From: Eledone cirrhosa
Taxonomy: Eukaryota
DNA: 64,000 nucleotides
Direction: 5' to 3'
NCBI GenBank assembly: GCA_964016885.1
Contig: OZ024756.1
Span: 19,344,001-19,408,000, forward strand
The number at the start of each line of letters is the position of its first letter. Within the stretch, counting starts at the first letter, position 1. Of the stretch, positions 1 through 12,770 are shown one piece after another. Position numbers and translations under genes: made by a program. The notes below the pieces were generated by a model. That model saw nothing but the letters and a program-made list of their open reading frames with translations, searched no databases and had not been told where the DNA came from.

Positions 1-40
1 ATCAACATACGTTTTTCTGCCAGTATATATAATATATATG

Positions 41-78
<38 letters not shown>

Positions 79-91
79 TTATATATATATA

Positions 92-648
92 CTAGCAGAA
101 AAACCACCGTTCTAGCATTTATACTGTGCATAATGATATTATAAGCAAATATATATGCATGTAGATATAATATGTCAAATGAAATCGTAATTGACACTAT
201 GCACAGAAATTGAATGAAGTCTGTGATACACTCTCTTCTATAATCAGTAAAGTAACCCATGATACATTAAAAAAAAGATGATATTTTATATGAACTGCAT
301 ATATAATAAACTAAAATGTTATGAAAACGAAAAAGTAGAAAATTAGTGGCCTAAATATAAACCTTATATAACAATGCAAATATATGAATGTTTATATAAG
401 AGATGTGATGATCATTATGATATAACAGACGCTAACTTGGAGTATTAACATCTGAAAATTTTAAAGAAGTGAATCTTAAAATAAGCAATACTTTATATAT
501 AAGAATATTTATGTTTAATTCAAGAGCTACGAAATTTAGTAGATAAATTATATAATATTCATTCATTATTTGTTAAAAGTAATCCAACTTATTTTATTAA
601 CGAGATAAAAAATGATAAAACGCACTCCACCCTTTATTATATCATAGA
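92..648 (-). mobile_element. Non-autonomous Helitron-like element
   Basis: On the - strand it begins A|TC(TATGATATAATAAAG) and ends (TTCTG)CTAG|T, the TC...CTAG termini between A and T typical of Helitrons. It sits between TA repeats. The 3' hairpin is degraded. Confidence 0.5.
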
Positions 649-743
649 TAATATATATTATATATATATATATATATATTATGTGTATATATATATATAT
701 TATGTGTATATATATATATTATGTATATATATATATATATATG

Positions 744-850
744 AAGGTATGTGGCTGATTGGTTAGAGAACTGGATCCGCAACAGTTCGATTCCTGGACC
801 GGGCGATGCGTTTGGTCCTTGAGCAAGACACTTTATTTCACGTTGCTCTT
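744..850 (+). mobile_element. tRNA-derived SINE head
   Basis: A-box-like TGGCTGATTGG, B-box-like GTTCGATTCC, then CCTTGAGCAAGACACTTTATTTCAC. The same family occurs at 1165-1310(-), 52320-52470(-) and 63856-64000(+). Confidence 0.7.
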
Positions 851-1322
851 TCTACCTGGAGTTGCGACTGATAGATAGTATTACCAATTGGAAAGACCAA
901 CAGAAACATTGTTTCCTCAGTCCGATTTGACGAAAGTTGATCGACTCCTATATATATCATCATCATCATCATCATCATCATCATTTTACGTCCGCTTTTC
1001 CCTGCTTGCAAGGGTGGGACGGGAACTGATTCTGGTTTGATTTCTACAGCTGGATGCCCTTCCTAACACCAACCTCATTTACTAACCTCAGTGCTGGGTG
1101 CTTTTTTTCCGTGGCGCCTCTACGACCACTTTGCAGTGGAATGATAGGGACCCCAGTCCCTATCATCTCATTTCTACAGCTGAGTAAACTGGAGCAATGT
1201 GAAATAAAGTGTCTTGCTCAAGGAAACAACACATCACCCGGTCTGAGAATTGAACTCACAACCTTTCGATTGCAAGGCCAATGCTCTAACCACTAAACCA
1301 TGTGCCCCCATATATATATATA

Positions 1323-1421
1323 CAATGATATTTATTTACTCCAGGAATCTGTTGAGTGCTCTAAATCAGTTATAAACATTTATATTTGTCGGACTTCCAA
1401 CAAATTAAATACCCCTTCTAC
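1323..1421 (+). mobile_element. Solo 3' tail of the hammerhead foldback family (see 42968 and 50434)
   Basis: TTTACTCCAGGAATCTGTTGAGTGCTCTAAATCAGTTATAAAC...CAACAAATTAAATACCCCTTCTAC aligns by eye with 50438-50525 and the reverse complement of 42968-43055. Flanked by TA repeats. Confidence 0.7.
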
Positions 1422-1426
1422 TTATA

Positions 1427-1462
<36 letters not shown>

Positions 1463-1497
1463 TGTATGTATGTATGTATGTATGTATGTATGTATGT

Positions 1498-1886
1498 TTT
1501 CTCTTTCTCTTAATTTCGAGTATATTTTTTTGACTGGCCACCTTCCTGGTGGCAAGGTTGTAAAAGAAAAGAAATTGTCATCCCTTGAATCGCAAGAATG
1601 TTTTGCCAATTTTGAAGGTGCCAGCTATCGCAGCCATTTGCAGACTATGAATTAGGGAGCTGCGCTTTTTGTCCGCAAATCCAAGTTCAGTCATACTTTG
1701 GTCCAAGCGGGTTGGTATATAACCCGTAGCACCAATAATGATGGGTATGAAGCTAAAGGTGTATCTTGGATACTAGATTTGTAAACTCCTCATCAATGGT
1801 CCGTAGATGTCCTCCTTCTCCTGTATTTTTCTGACAACGTTTACATCAAGTGGGCAGCTGATCTCCACAACAGAACACGTTTTCAA
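1498..1886 (-). pseudogene. 3' fragment of an R4/Dong-type RLE non-LTR retrotransposon
   Basis: The - strand reads KTCSVVEISCPLDVNVVRKIQEKEDIYGPLMRSLQI*YPRYTFSFIPIIIGATGYIP...LQMAAIAGTFKIGKTFL, matching the C-terminal restriction-like endonuclease (E-x-S-x-P...EK..Y...PIIIGA.G). One in-frame stop. (CATA)n on both sides. Confidence 0.75.
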
Positions 1887-1912
1887 TGTATGTATGTATG
1901 TATGTATGTATG

Positions 1913-1957
<45 letters not shown>

Positions 1958-2202
1958 GTATATGTATATATATCGATTCGTTATATATATATATATATAT
2001 ATATATCTGCCAGGAGTTGAAACCAGTAGATAGTCCCAACAATGGAAAGACCAATATAAACATTGTTTATTTTGGTCTGATTTGACAAGTTCCACTCCAC
2101 TCGGTAAGCAAATAAGATCTGGAATATTGTCGATTGATTGTCGATTGATTTGATATAATATTATAGTTTTATATTTTCACTGTGAACAATCTCTTTTTTC
2201 AG

Positions 2203-2333
2203 AGAATTCCTTAACGAATCAAGATGTGGCTCCATTGATTAAAAGCTTACAAAGTAACTTCTTCCTAACTATATTAGACCTCAGTTATAATAAAATCACA
2301 TTTGAACATGGCCAAGATTTGATCAACTTTCTT
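2203..2333 (+). CDS. LRR protein (LRRC74-like) internal exon: NSLTNQDVAPLIKSLQSNFFLTILDLSYNKITFEHGQDLINFL
   Basis: TTTTTTCAG acceptor and GTAAGA donor. RI-type LRR motif LxxLDLSYN. Upstream exons lie outside the window. Confidence 0.85.
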
Positions 2334-2434
2334 GTAAGAATTATTGCAGCATTTTTTTTTTTTTTGGCTCCTACGATTGTTTTTGTTTGTTGTTGTTCTT
2401 TACATGTATACCACCTACAATGTGCTTTTAATTT

Positions 2435-2624
2435 CATCATCATCATCATCATCATTACTTTCATCATCATCATCACCACCACCACGAACTACCACCACCA
2501 CCACCACCACCATCATCAACATTAATTTCATCATCAACATCATCCCATCACCACCACCATCATCATTAATTTCATCATCAACATCACCACCACCACCATC
2601 ATCATTAATTTCATCATCAACATC

Positions 2625-2658
<34 letters not shown>

Positions 2659-2745
2659 TTAATTTTATCACCATCAACATCACCACCAGCACCACCACCA
2701 CCACCACCATCTTCATCATTAATTTCATCATCATCATCACCACAG
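2435..2745. repeat. (CAT/CAC)n trinucleotide low-complexity tract
   Basis: Visible directly in the sequence. Confidence 0.95.
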
Positions 2746-2859
2746 GGTGGTAGATTGGCAGAATCGGTAGAGCCCTTTTTTTCTCCAACAGTTGTTTATC
2801 TGGTCTTTACATGTATACAAAGTTGTTTAAATCAACCCCAGTAACACACTGGGGTCGAT

Positions 2860-3253
2860 TTAACCCTTTAGCATTGAAACCGGCCATATCCAACCAGAAT
2901 TCTCTCACCGCTTTCTGTTCAAACTGACTGTAACCGGCCACTCATTCTGATGTTAAGGTATTGTTCTCAAAATAAATAATATCAAAATCTCATAGATTCG
3001 ATATTATGTGAAATAATAATTGTTTCTACTTTTTGCACAAGGCCAGCAATTACCCAGTGTATTACTGGTACTTTATTTTATCGACCCCCGTAAGGATGAA
3101 AGGCAAAGTGAACCTTGGCGGGATTTGAACTCAGACCATAAAGGGCCGTAACTCTATGCGTCAAAGCATGGCGTCAGACCCTCTACCGACACTGCCAATC
3201 CACCGTGAAAATCTAATAGTAAATATAGAGTAATATAAATGCTAAAGGGTTAA
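2860..3253. mobile_element. piggyBac-type MITE (TTAA TSD, CCCTTTAGCAT TIR) with a nested SINE at ~3020-3205(-)
   Basis: TTAA|CCCTTTAGCAT...ATGCTAAAGGG|TTAA. Further copies at 5704-5908, 6896-7124, 8717-8945, 12221-12446, ~14963-15170, 38081-38285, ~40074-40279, ~47050-47229 and ~59891-60070. Confidence 0.85.
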
Positions 3254-3314
3254 ACATCTTTGCCCTCCCACCAAAAATTGTTCGCCTTGTACCTAAATCA
3301 GAAACCATTATTAG

Positions 3315-3545
3315 GACAGTGGATTGGCAGAATTGGTAGAGTGTCAGACAACATAATTTGTGGCATATAGTTACAGCCCTTTACATTCTGAGTTTAAATC
3401 CTACTGATGTTAACTTTGCCTTTCATCCTTATTGAGTCAATAAAATAAAGCACCAGTAATGCACGAGTTGATTAAATCAACTTTCCTTTTCCCTTCAGAT
3501 TTCAGGCTTTGTGCCAAATGTAGAACCAGTTATTTCCATTATTAA
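3315..3545 (+). mobile_element. tRNA-derived SINE with Meta-like core (most abundant family here)
   Basis: GGATTGGCAGAAT...GAGTTTAAATCC...AACTTTGCCTTTCATCCTT...TAAAATAAAGCACCAGT. Dozens of copies, e.g. 4437-4628, 37720-37870, 38280-38757, 40280-41420, 43430-44690, 52927-53345 and 53905-54270. Confidence 0.8.
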
Positions 3546-4682
3546 GGGCAGTGGATTAGCAGAATTGTTAGGGCATTTTACAAGATACCTTACAGGTAAA
3601 AAGGCTCCCAGTCCACACTGTAAGGTGGTCGTGTAGGAGACACAGTAAAAAGGCTCCCAGTCCACACTGTAAAAGTGGTTGGTGTTAGGAAGGGCATCCA
3701 GCCGTAGAAAACCTGCCAAAGACACTTCCGTACGAGCGAGACATGGTCTCCCAACCAATCCCGCAGCAAATGGAACAAAACCGTCTGACCCATGCTAGCG
3801 TGGAAGATGGACGGTGAACGATGATGATGATGATGATGATTATTATTCATCTATATGTATGAGTATATAAATATAAATGCACAAACACACATACACTCAC
3901 ATAACACACACACAGACACTCACACAAACGCACACACACACATACACTCACACAAACGCACACTCACACAAGTATAGCTAATCTTGGAATGCTCATCGCT
4001 ATAGCGCTTCACCAGCCCCATCTTTCCTCAATCATTACATAGATGTGTGTGTATGTAATAATTATTTTGTATGTGTCTATTTAAGAATATGTATGAGTAG
4101 ATGTGTATGTATGTGTGTGTGTGCGTGTGTGAGTGTGTTTGCACTGTTGCCTGTGTATCTGTTTACATAGTTATGTGTAGATGGGTGTAACTAAAGCATA
4201 ACATGAACAAATGGATGAAACACACCAAGAATTATAATATGATATATATATATATATATATATACAAATAAAAGGCAGAGTTATATACTCATATTAATAC
4301 CCTGTAATTAACAAGCTCAAAGTATAAATACTGAGCATTATATAATAAAATAAAGTACCAGTAATACACTGGGTAATTGCTGGCCTTGTGCCTAACGTAG
4401 AAACAATTATATAATATATATATATATAATATAATAAGGCGGCGGATTGGCAGTATCAGAAGAGGGTCGGATGCCATGCTTTGCAGCAAAGAGTTACGGC
4501 CCTTTATGATCTGAGTTCAAATCCCGCCAAGGTTAACTTTGCCTTTCATCCTTACGGGGTCGATAAAATAAAGTACCAGTAATGTACTGGGTAATTTGAA
4601 GGCCTTGTGTCAAAAGTAGAAACAATTATATAATATATATAGTAATAAACATTATATATATATATATATATATTTATTTCAG

Positions 4683-4769
4683 ACAAATAATGAAACATTG
4701 ATTTCCCTTGATCTGCGATGGTGTTTTATCTGTGATAAAGGAGGTCTGGCATTGGCAAAAGGTTTGAAG
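4683..4769 (+). CDS. LRRC74-like exon: TNNETLISLDLRWCFICDKGGLALAKGLK
   Basis: TTTCAG acceptor and GTAAGT donor, phase 0-0, one LRR unit. Confidence 0.88.
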
Positions 4770-4857
4770 GTAAGTGCCAAACAATTTCAACTTATAGTAT
4801 GGTAGGTTGATGAATGAGCTATTAACAACTGCTGCTTTGACCAAACTAAGTAAATTT

Positions 4858-5670
4858 CATTTTCCACTCCCCAGTCCACACTCACCTATGCCAAATCATG
4901 TGACAGATCATAACACTACACAGCCCTCTTGAATCACCTGTCACGCCTCACTCCTATCCTTCATTCATCTATATTCCAGGAAGGAACTCGTCTGGTCAGC
5001 ATTTTCCACTCCCCAGTCCACACTCACCTATGCCAAATCATGTGAGAGATCATAACACTACACAGCCCTCTTGAGTCACCTGTCACGCCTCACTCCTATC
5101 CTCCATCCATCTCTATTCTGGAAAGGAACTCGTCTGGTCAGCATTTTCCACTCCCCAGTCCACACTCACCTATGCCAAATCATGTGAGAGATCATAACAC
5201 TACACAGCCCTCTTGAGTCACCTGTCACGCCTCACTCCTATCCTCCATTCATCTCTATTCTGGAAAGGAACTCGTCTGGTCAGCATTTTCCACTCCCCAG
5301 TCCACACTCACCTATGCCAAATCATGTGAGAGATCATAACACTACACAGCCCTCTTGAGTCACCTGTCACACCTCACTCCTATCCTCCATTCATCTCTAT
5401 TCTGGAAAGGAACTCGTCTGGTCAGCATTTTCCACTCCCCAGTCCACACTCACCTATGCCAAATCATGTGACAGATCATAACACTACACAGCCCTCTTGA
5501 GTCACCTGTCACGCCTCACTCCTATCCTCCATCCATCTCTATTCTGGAAAGGAACTCGTCTGGTCAGAATTTTCCACTCCCCAGTACACACTCACCTATG
5601 CCAAATCAATCATGTGACAAATCATAGCACTACACAGCCCTCATGTGTCAACTGTTATGCCTCACTCCTA
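4858..5670. repeat. 142-bp tandem repeat, ~5.7 copies
   Basis: CATTTTCCACTCCCCAGTCCACAC recurs at 4858, 5000, 5142, 5284, 5426 and ~5568. Confidence 0.95.
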
Positions 5671-5906
5671 TCTTTCTTTCTTATTCTTAGAATTCTCTAT
5701 CTATTAACCCTTTAGCATTTACATTACTCTATTTATAGTATTGTATTTTCACGGTAAACACTTTATCTCACATAATATCAAATCTATGAGATTTTGATAT
5801 TATTTATTTTGAGAACATTAGTATGAACAGCCAGTTACAGCCGGTTTAAAGGGGAAGAGGTGAGAGAATTCTGACTGAATACGGCCGGTCTAAATGCTAA
5901 AGGGTT

Positions 5907-6365
5907 AATATAATTTCTAGAATCTTGTATCTATCAATATAATTTCTAGAATTCTGTATCTATCAATATAATTTCTAGAATCCTGTATCTATCAATATAA
6001 TTTCAAGAATCCTGTATCTATCAATATAATTTCTAGAATTCTGTATCTATCAATATAATTTCTAGAATTCTGTATCTATCAATATAATTTCTAGAATTCT
6101 GTATCTATCAATATAATTTCTAGAATTCTGTATCTATCAATATAATTTCTAGAATTCTGTATCTATCAATATAATTTCTAGAATTCTGTATCCATCAATA
6201 TAATTTCAAGAATCCTGTATCTATCAATATAATTTCTAGAATTCTGTATCTATCAATATAATTTCTAGAATTCTGCATCTATCAATATAATTTCTAGAAT
6301 TCTGTATCTATAAATATAATTTCTAGAATTCTATATCTATCAATATAATTTCTGTATTTATTAAT
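5907..6365. repeat. 29-bp minisatellite (AATATAATTTCTAGAATTCTGTATCTATC), ~16 copies
   Basis: Direct tandem units starting at the TTAA of the adjacent MITE. Confidence 0.95.
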
Positions 6366-6633
6366 ATACCTCCTTTTCTTTAATTTACAACATTTATAGT
6401 CCTTTCCTTTTCTGTAAATTTGACTAAATATTAAATTTGTTATCATTTTTATGTAATTTTATCCTAGAAATATATTTGTGTATTTTGAAATAAAATTTGA
6501 TATTTATTGTTCAAAACAAAAACAAAAAAAAATTTTCAAGAATTATGTATTCATTAATACTTATTATTACTATTATTATTATTTTTTTTTTGTAATCATT
6601 TAATTTTTTTTTTTTGTTTTTATTAATTAACAG

Positions 6634-6749
6634 AAAAATGTCAGCCTGAAAATTTTGGATATAAGCTGGAATGGTTTAGGTGAACGAGGGATAAGGAGTA
6701 TTGCCAGGGCTCTATCATTCAACAGCTGTCTTAAAGTTATTAATTTGGC
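6634..6749 (+). CDS. LRRC74-like exon: KNVSLKILDISWNGLGERGIRSIARALSFNSCLKVINL(A)
   Basis: CAG acceptor after a poly-T tract, GTGAGT donor, phase 0-2. LDISWNGLG is the typical LRRC74 motif. Confidence 0.9.
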
Positions 6750-9020
6750 GTGAGTAGAAATTGCTGTACCAGTTTATTTGACAAATTCTTTCCCACAGCA
6801 GCGATTGAAGCACCAGGACCTACGAGAAGGTGTGGAAACAGCCCTGTTCCATTGATTAAACAACTGGAACACTCATCACTGAAACAGACGAAGATTTAAC
6901 CCTTTAGCATTTAAACTGACCGTATCTGGCCAGAATTTTCTCACCTCTTTCTGTTCAAACTAGCTGTAACTAGTTGCTCATACTTATGTTAAGGTATTGT
7001 TCTCAAAATACATAATATCAAAATCTCATAGATTTGATATTATATGAGATAATTATGTAAGATAAAACCTCTACCACAAAAATACAATAGTATATATAGA
7101 GAAATGTGAATGCTAAAGGGTTAACAAATTTTATTTTATTTTTTATTTCAATTTTTATTTTTATACTCACTTATCTTTGTCTATCTTATTTTTTGTTTCT
7201 CAACTTTAAGAAGTACAAGATACTTCTACCTAGTCTGTCGTGGCTTACTAGCTTTATATGGACGTTTAAATTGATTAAATAAATAAATAAATAATACTTA
7301 CCTTAGTGGTAGATACAGCATTATCATCATCCTCGTCATCATCATCATTTAATGTAAATGTGGTTGGTATTAGGAAGGACATCCAGCTGTAGAAACCAAG
7401 CTAGAAACAGTTCTGAATAAGCAAGCCATGGTCATCTAGTCTTATTTATCTCACAATATCAGGACAACTCATCTGACCCATGCTAGCGTGGAAAATGGAC
7501 ATTAAACGATGACGATGAAGATGGGAATGATGATGATTTCTTTGTTAGCAAGGATTGGACGGATCTTGATAGACAGAGTCAGTACTGAAGCAGGGGCTAC
7601 TGACCTTCCAGAAAGGCTGGGGGTTCATATCTCACTTACATGCAGTTCTCCATTCTACCAAGTACATTTATCATGGCATCAACATAGGAGAGGTTGTCAT
7701 GTCTTTGACACAACTGAAGGGTCCTCCCAACTCTTTGTCTGGCAAGCTTTCTACAGCTGGATGCTCTTTCTATCACCAACCACTTTACAATATGTACTGG
7801 GTGCATTTATTGCACTAGGGAGGTTGTCATGTCCTTCACACAACTGAAGAGTCATTTTGATGGTTTGTTGACATGGTTTCTACAGGGGAATGACCTTCCT
7901 ATTACCAACCATCTTACAGAGTATCGCTCTGATTGATCGACAAGATTCCAGACCTCATTCACTTGCCGAGTGGGGGTGGGCCTCATCAAATTGGACCAAG
8001 GAAACAATGTTTCCATTGGTCTTTCCATTGCTGCTACTATCCATCAGTCACAACTCCTGGCAGAAGGAGCAATGTGAAATAAAGTGTCTTGCTCAAGGAC
8101 ACAACACATCACTCAGTCCAAGAATTGAACTCACAACTTAATGATTGTGAATCCAACTCACTAAGCCATGTGCCTGTGTGTACAGAGTGTACAGGGTGCA
8201 TTCTTCGGGTCTTCACAACCCTTTGGGAGCATATACTAATATTTTCTTAAAAAAACATTGCATGGCCAAACTGTTAAGGAGTTCACTTCCCAATCTTTAG
8301 GTCCCAGGTTCAATTCCACAGCATGACATCTTGAGCAAATTTCATTTACCATAGCCTCAGATCAACCCATGATGTGTAAGTGAAATTTGGTAGGCAGAAA
8401 CTGTTTGGAAGACCGTCAGATGAACAGTGCTTGTAATTCAAAGGATCAGCTTTGTCACTCACTGTGAAATGACCTCAGTACTGGACTAATACTTTTTTTT
8501 TATCGACTTCAAAAGGATGAGACAAAGTTGACCTTGATGGGATTTGAACCCAGAATGCAGAGAGCCACAATGAATACCACAAAGCATTCTATCTGACATT
8601 CTAATGACTCTGCCAATTCGTCTCACTCCCTCTTATTAGTTTATATTATAGTCTATATTATACAAAAATGTTGGTCAACTGATCTCATTGTGGTTATCAA
8701 TCTTGCTTCTTGCTTTTTAACCCTTTAACATTTACATTACTCTATATTTACTATTACATTTTCATAGTAAAGGTTTCACCTCACATAATTATCTCCCATA
8801 TTATCAAATCTATGAGATTTTGATATTATTTATTTTGAGAACAATACCTTAACATCAGTAGGAGTGGCCGGTTACAGCCAGTTTGAACAGAAAGAGGTGA
8901 GAGAATTCTGGCCGGATACGGCTGGTTTAAATGCTAAAGAGTTAAGCCCTTCTAATGGATATAATTTCAGTTGTTCTTAAACTGATTTTTTTACTCCTTT
9001 CTTTTCCCTTGTTATTTCAG

Positions 9021-9099
9021 CAATAATAACTTGCTGCCAAAAACAACAGCTTATCTCTCCAGAAGTTTAAAAAGAAATAAAACCCTGGAAATTCTCATA
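9021..9099 (+). CDS. LRRC74-like exon: NNNLLPKTTAYLSRSLKRNKTLEILI
   Basis: TTTCAG acceptor and GTAAGT donor. Phase 2-0 matches the neighbouring exons. Confidence 0.85.
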
Positions 9100-9247
9100 G
9101 TAAGTCGATTCCTCTGAAATGCCTACCATTTCTATGTATGTTTGTTTTTACATTTTTATTTTTATTTCTCTCCAATACTTCTAATAATAGACCTGGAATT
9201 ATGATGTATGAGGGTCAGTTGAAAAGTTCATAGGCTGACCAAATATA

Positions 9248-9300
<53 letters not shown>

Positions 9301-9303
<3 letters not shown>

Positions 9304-9992
9304 CGGCAAAGCATAAACGAACTAAGGAAAAAATTAGAAATAAGAGGGATCAGATGTTGTTTACTCGAGAGAAGGCTACGTTGGTATGGACACGTGATGC
9401 GCATGAAAGTCGATAGCTGTATAACAAAGTGCAGGGCAATAAAGATAGACGGTAGCCACGGAATAGGCAGACCTAGAAAAACCTGGGACGAGCTGATAAA
9501 CTCCGACCTCACACACTTACACCTCTCCAAGACAATGTCACTGGACCGAGACCTTTGGCGGTACTCAGTAACAGAGAAGACCCGCCTTACCTAAATACAT
9601 AGTAAAACCTACTACAGCCAGTAGGCATCTCTAACAAAATACCCCCCCCCCGTCCCACCACCCCCAACCCATCCACGCCACCCAGTTCTATGTAAAGTTG
9701 TGTTGGTGCCACAACATCCAGGCCAAAACAAATGAGATCGTGTAGGTGTCACGACAAAAAAACACACAGTCCACGCTGTAATGTGGCCGTGTAGGCAACA
9801 CGGTAAAAACCTCCCAGACCCACACTGTAAATGTGGTTGGTGCTAGGAAGGGCATCCAACTGTAGAAAACACGCCAGACAGTCCTATGCAAGCAAGACAA
9901 TCACTCTTGCCTCAAGTGGGACTACCCCCGTCCAAACCCATGCAAGCGTGGAACACGGACGTTAAACGTTGATGATGATGATGATGATGATG
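9301..9992 (+). mobile_element. 5'-truncated copy of the PHD-containing RTE LINE (near-identical to 27085-27745 reverse complement)
   Basis: Same C-terminal peptide (RLRWYGHVMRMKVDSCITKCRAIKIDG...), same 3'UTR and (GAT)n tail. Its 5' end abuts (TA)n next to a mariner-type TIR at ~9208-9241. Confidence 0.9.
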
Positions 9993-11034
9993 AGGGGTGG
10001 CTAAAGAGTTCATGACTACACACACACACACACACACAACGGCTGATGATATACATGTAGGTAAATATATTCCTTATTCGATATTTTGTAACTAACCCTA
10101 CATAGATCGATAACGAAATATGCGTACGATGTATTATTATCACCTAGAAACGATCGTAAAGCAGTGAAGTATATTTCTAATGATTTGAATTTTTATTTCA
10201 TTGTTTTAACTTTATATATATATATATATATGAAAAAATGGGGAGAAGAATACTGCATGGATAACATGTTATAAAATGAGTCCCTCATCAGTGATTCCCC
10301 AACGGTCATAGGTATTTCATTGCATTAAAAATCATATACCTCACGTTGGCGCAATAATAACTAAAATAAGTTATTAGGACAATTAAAACGCGTAAAGCGA
10401 GTGAGAGAAGTAAACAACACAGAGGAAAGCTAACCGAAGATGTATATATATATAACTGGGTTTTAAGGGGAATGAAGTGCAGTTTTAGTGTAGATGATAG
10501 CAGTTAGATTAAAGAAATGTCAGGTAATCTGCAATGAAGGTAGACGTAGAAGAGGTATACTAAGGAAAACTGGGGAAGAAATGATGACAGCTGATCTCAG
10601 GTTGCTGGATGTCATAAAGGAGATGACAAAGGAATGAGTGACATGGTGAGATCCTGGGTTAGAGGGTGGGATGGCTGTCCAACCCATTCAGACATGTTGA
10701 TGATGGTGATGTTGATGGTGATGATGATGGTGATGATGATGATGGTGATGATGATGATGGTGATGATGAAGATGAGGAAAGGAGGGAGATTCTTTGATTT
10801 GATCCAACCGTAAATCCAACCCCCCTCCCCCTAGTTGGCCCTTGTGTGCTTTTATCCAATCCCATTCTGTTGCAGGCATGAGAAGTAGGGCTCCGGTCTG
10901 AGGAAAACTTGATATTTCGATATGCTGTCCTCCACTGCAAAACCCCAATAGTTGTGTCCCTACACACACACAGACACCACATACAATATATACTTGTAAC
11001 ATGTAACCTTATATTTTCTCTCTCTCTCTCATAG

Positions 11035-11124
11035 TTAGACTGCAATTGTATAGGTGATGACAGCATGAAAGATTTTGTCAAAATGTGTTTAAAGCATATC
11101 AGCCTTGTACTACTTTCTTTACAG
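11035..11124 (+). CDS. LRRC74-like exon: LDCNCIGDDSMKDFVKMCLKHISLVLLSLQ
   Basis: (CT)n-ATAG acceptor and GTATGT donor, phase 0-0. Confidence 0.8.
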
Positions 11125-11214
11125 GTATGTGATATGTTAAATTCCTGTATATATCCCACTAACCTGGTATTGATAATGTCAATGTCTAACTACATCCCAT
11201 CAACCTGTGGGTGG

Positions 11215-11665
11215 CCAACTCTGTCTAGATATCAGTGAGTAGGGAGGGTGGTTTAGTGACCAAGAATGCCAGAAGTCTCTCCATGGAAGCTACAGGTTTG
11301 ACAAAAAGCCAAGCCAGCTCCTTTCATAGGGCTTGCTTCTGCAGGTGGCTTACTCTGCCCTGAGAGCAATGAGTAGAGAGGGTTGTTTGGTGACCATGAA
11401 CGCCAGAAGTCTCTCCATGGAAGCTACAGGTTTGACAAAAAGCCAGCTCACTTTCTGCAATTAGCCAACTCTGCCCAGATATCAGTGAGTAGGGAGGGTG
11501 GTTCTTGGACCAAGAATGCCACAAGTCTCCACTGCTACAGGTTTGGAAAGAAGCCAACTCCTTTCATGGGCTTTCTCCTTCCAGTGGTTAACTCTTCCCC
11601 ATGAGCAGGGAGTAGGGAGGGTGGTTTTTGTGACTAAGAATGCCAGAAGTCTCTCCATGGAAGCT
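11215..11665. repeat. Degenerate local tandem repeat, ~4 copies of ~120-130 bp
   Basis: GTAGGGAGGGTGGT...AAGAATGCCAGAAGTCTCTCCATGGAAGCTA recurs four times. Confidence 0.8.
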
Positions 11666-11689
11666 AATTGTTAAATTTATCTTTAACAG

Positions 11690-11818
11690 GGTATTCAACT
11701 CGATAAGAAGACAACTGAGTACATTGAAGGGTTGCAGTATGTGATAACAGAAGAGGATGAAGTGGCAAATATTGTCATACACAATGATTTTGTTGATATG
11801 CATGCTTTAAGTGAAATG
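11690..11818 (+). CDS. LRRC74-like exon: GIQLDKKTTEYIEGLQYVITEEDEVANIVIHNDFVDMHALSEM
   Basis: TTTAACAG acceptor and open phase-0 frame. The donor GTGAAG is weak, so the 3' boundary is uncertain. Confidence 0.6.
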
Positions 11819-12569
11819 GTGAAGTGTCATTCTTTTTAGACTATATATATATATGTAAATAAGTAAAATTGGACTGCCAAACACCTACATCTGAACATAG
11901 ATACACCTAGAGCACATGCAAAGTAATCACTGAACATCTCTGTATGGAAATAATAGGCAGCGAATTGGCAGAGTCGTTAGAACAGCGGATAGAATGCTTT
12001 GCGATATTCGTTCTGGTTCTCTACTCTTTGAGTTCAAATCCCACAGAGGTCAACTTTGCCTTTTATCCTTTCGAGGTTGATAAAAAAAGTACCACTCAAA
12101 TACTGAGGTAGATTCTTCCTCTATATCCCTCTTTCTCATTTCCTCTCTCTCTCACTTTCTATCTTTCTCTGGAAGAAATCTGCTGTACTCAGGCCTGGAG
12201 AGGGATGGGCTCTGCCAGGTTTAACCCTTTAGCATATATTACTCTATATTTACTATTATATTTTCAAGGTAAAGCCTTTATCTCACATAATTATTTCACA
12301 TAATATCGAGCCAATGAGATTTTGATATACTTATTTTGAAAACAATACCTTAACATCAGTATGAGCAGCCAGTTAGAGCCAGTTTGAACAGAAAGAGGTG
12401 AGAGAAATCTGGCTGGATACAGTCAGTTTAAATGCTGAAGGGTTAAATGCGCAAGAAAGACTATATGTCACTACGGCACTCCTACAACTCTATCAGGAGT
12501 TACAGGACCATACATACATACATATGTAAATAAGCAAACAGGACTGTGAACCACCTAAATCTGATTATA

Positions 12570-12770
12570 TAGGGTGGTCACTGAAAGAGTGAATGATATA
12601 AAACTAAAATAACTTTTACAAACACATGGTTTTTTATTTTTTTATCATTTTATTTGGAAATATAAGTAATGGATTTTTTTCAGTATGATGTGTGAAAAAC
12701 AAGGGATGCACTATAACCTTAAAAAAATAAAAAAGATTGAAAACGAACAAATTTTTCAGTGGCCACCCTG
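12570..12770. mobile_element. Tc1/mariner-type MITE
   Basis: TA|TAGGGTGGTCACTGAAA...TTTCAGTGGCCACCCTG|TA. It interrupts a sequence whose uninterrupted copy lies at ~11860-11945. Confidence 0.8.

Noticed and set aside
10037-10135. CTGATGA...GAAA..GTA hammerhead-like string
   Set aside because: Stem I is mismatched and stem II does not close at the core. Too degenerate to call.
10255-10305. Minus-strand CTGATGAG...AACATGTT motif
   Set aside because: GAAA and stem II are absent. At most a dead relic.
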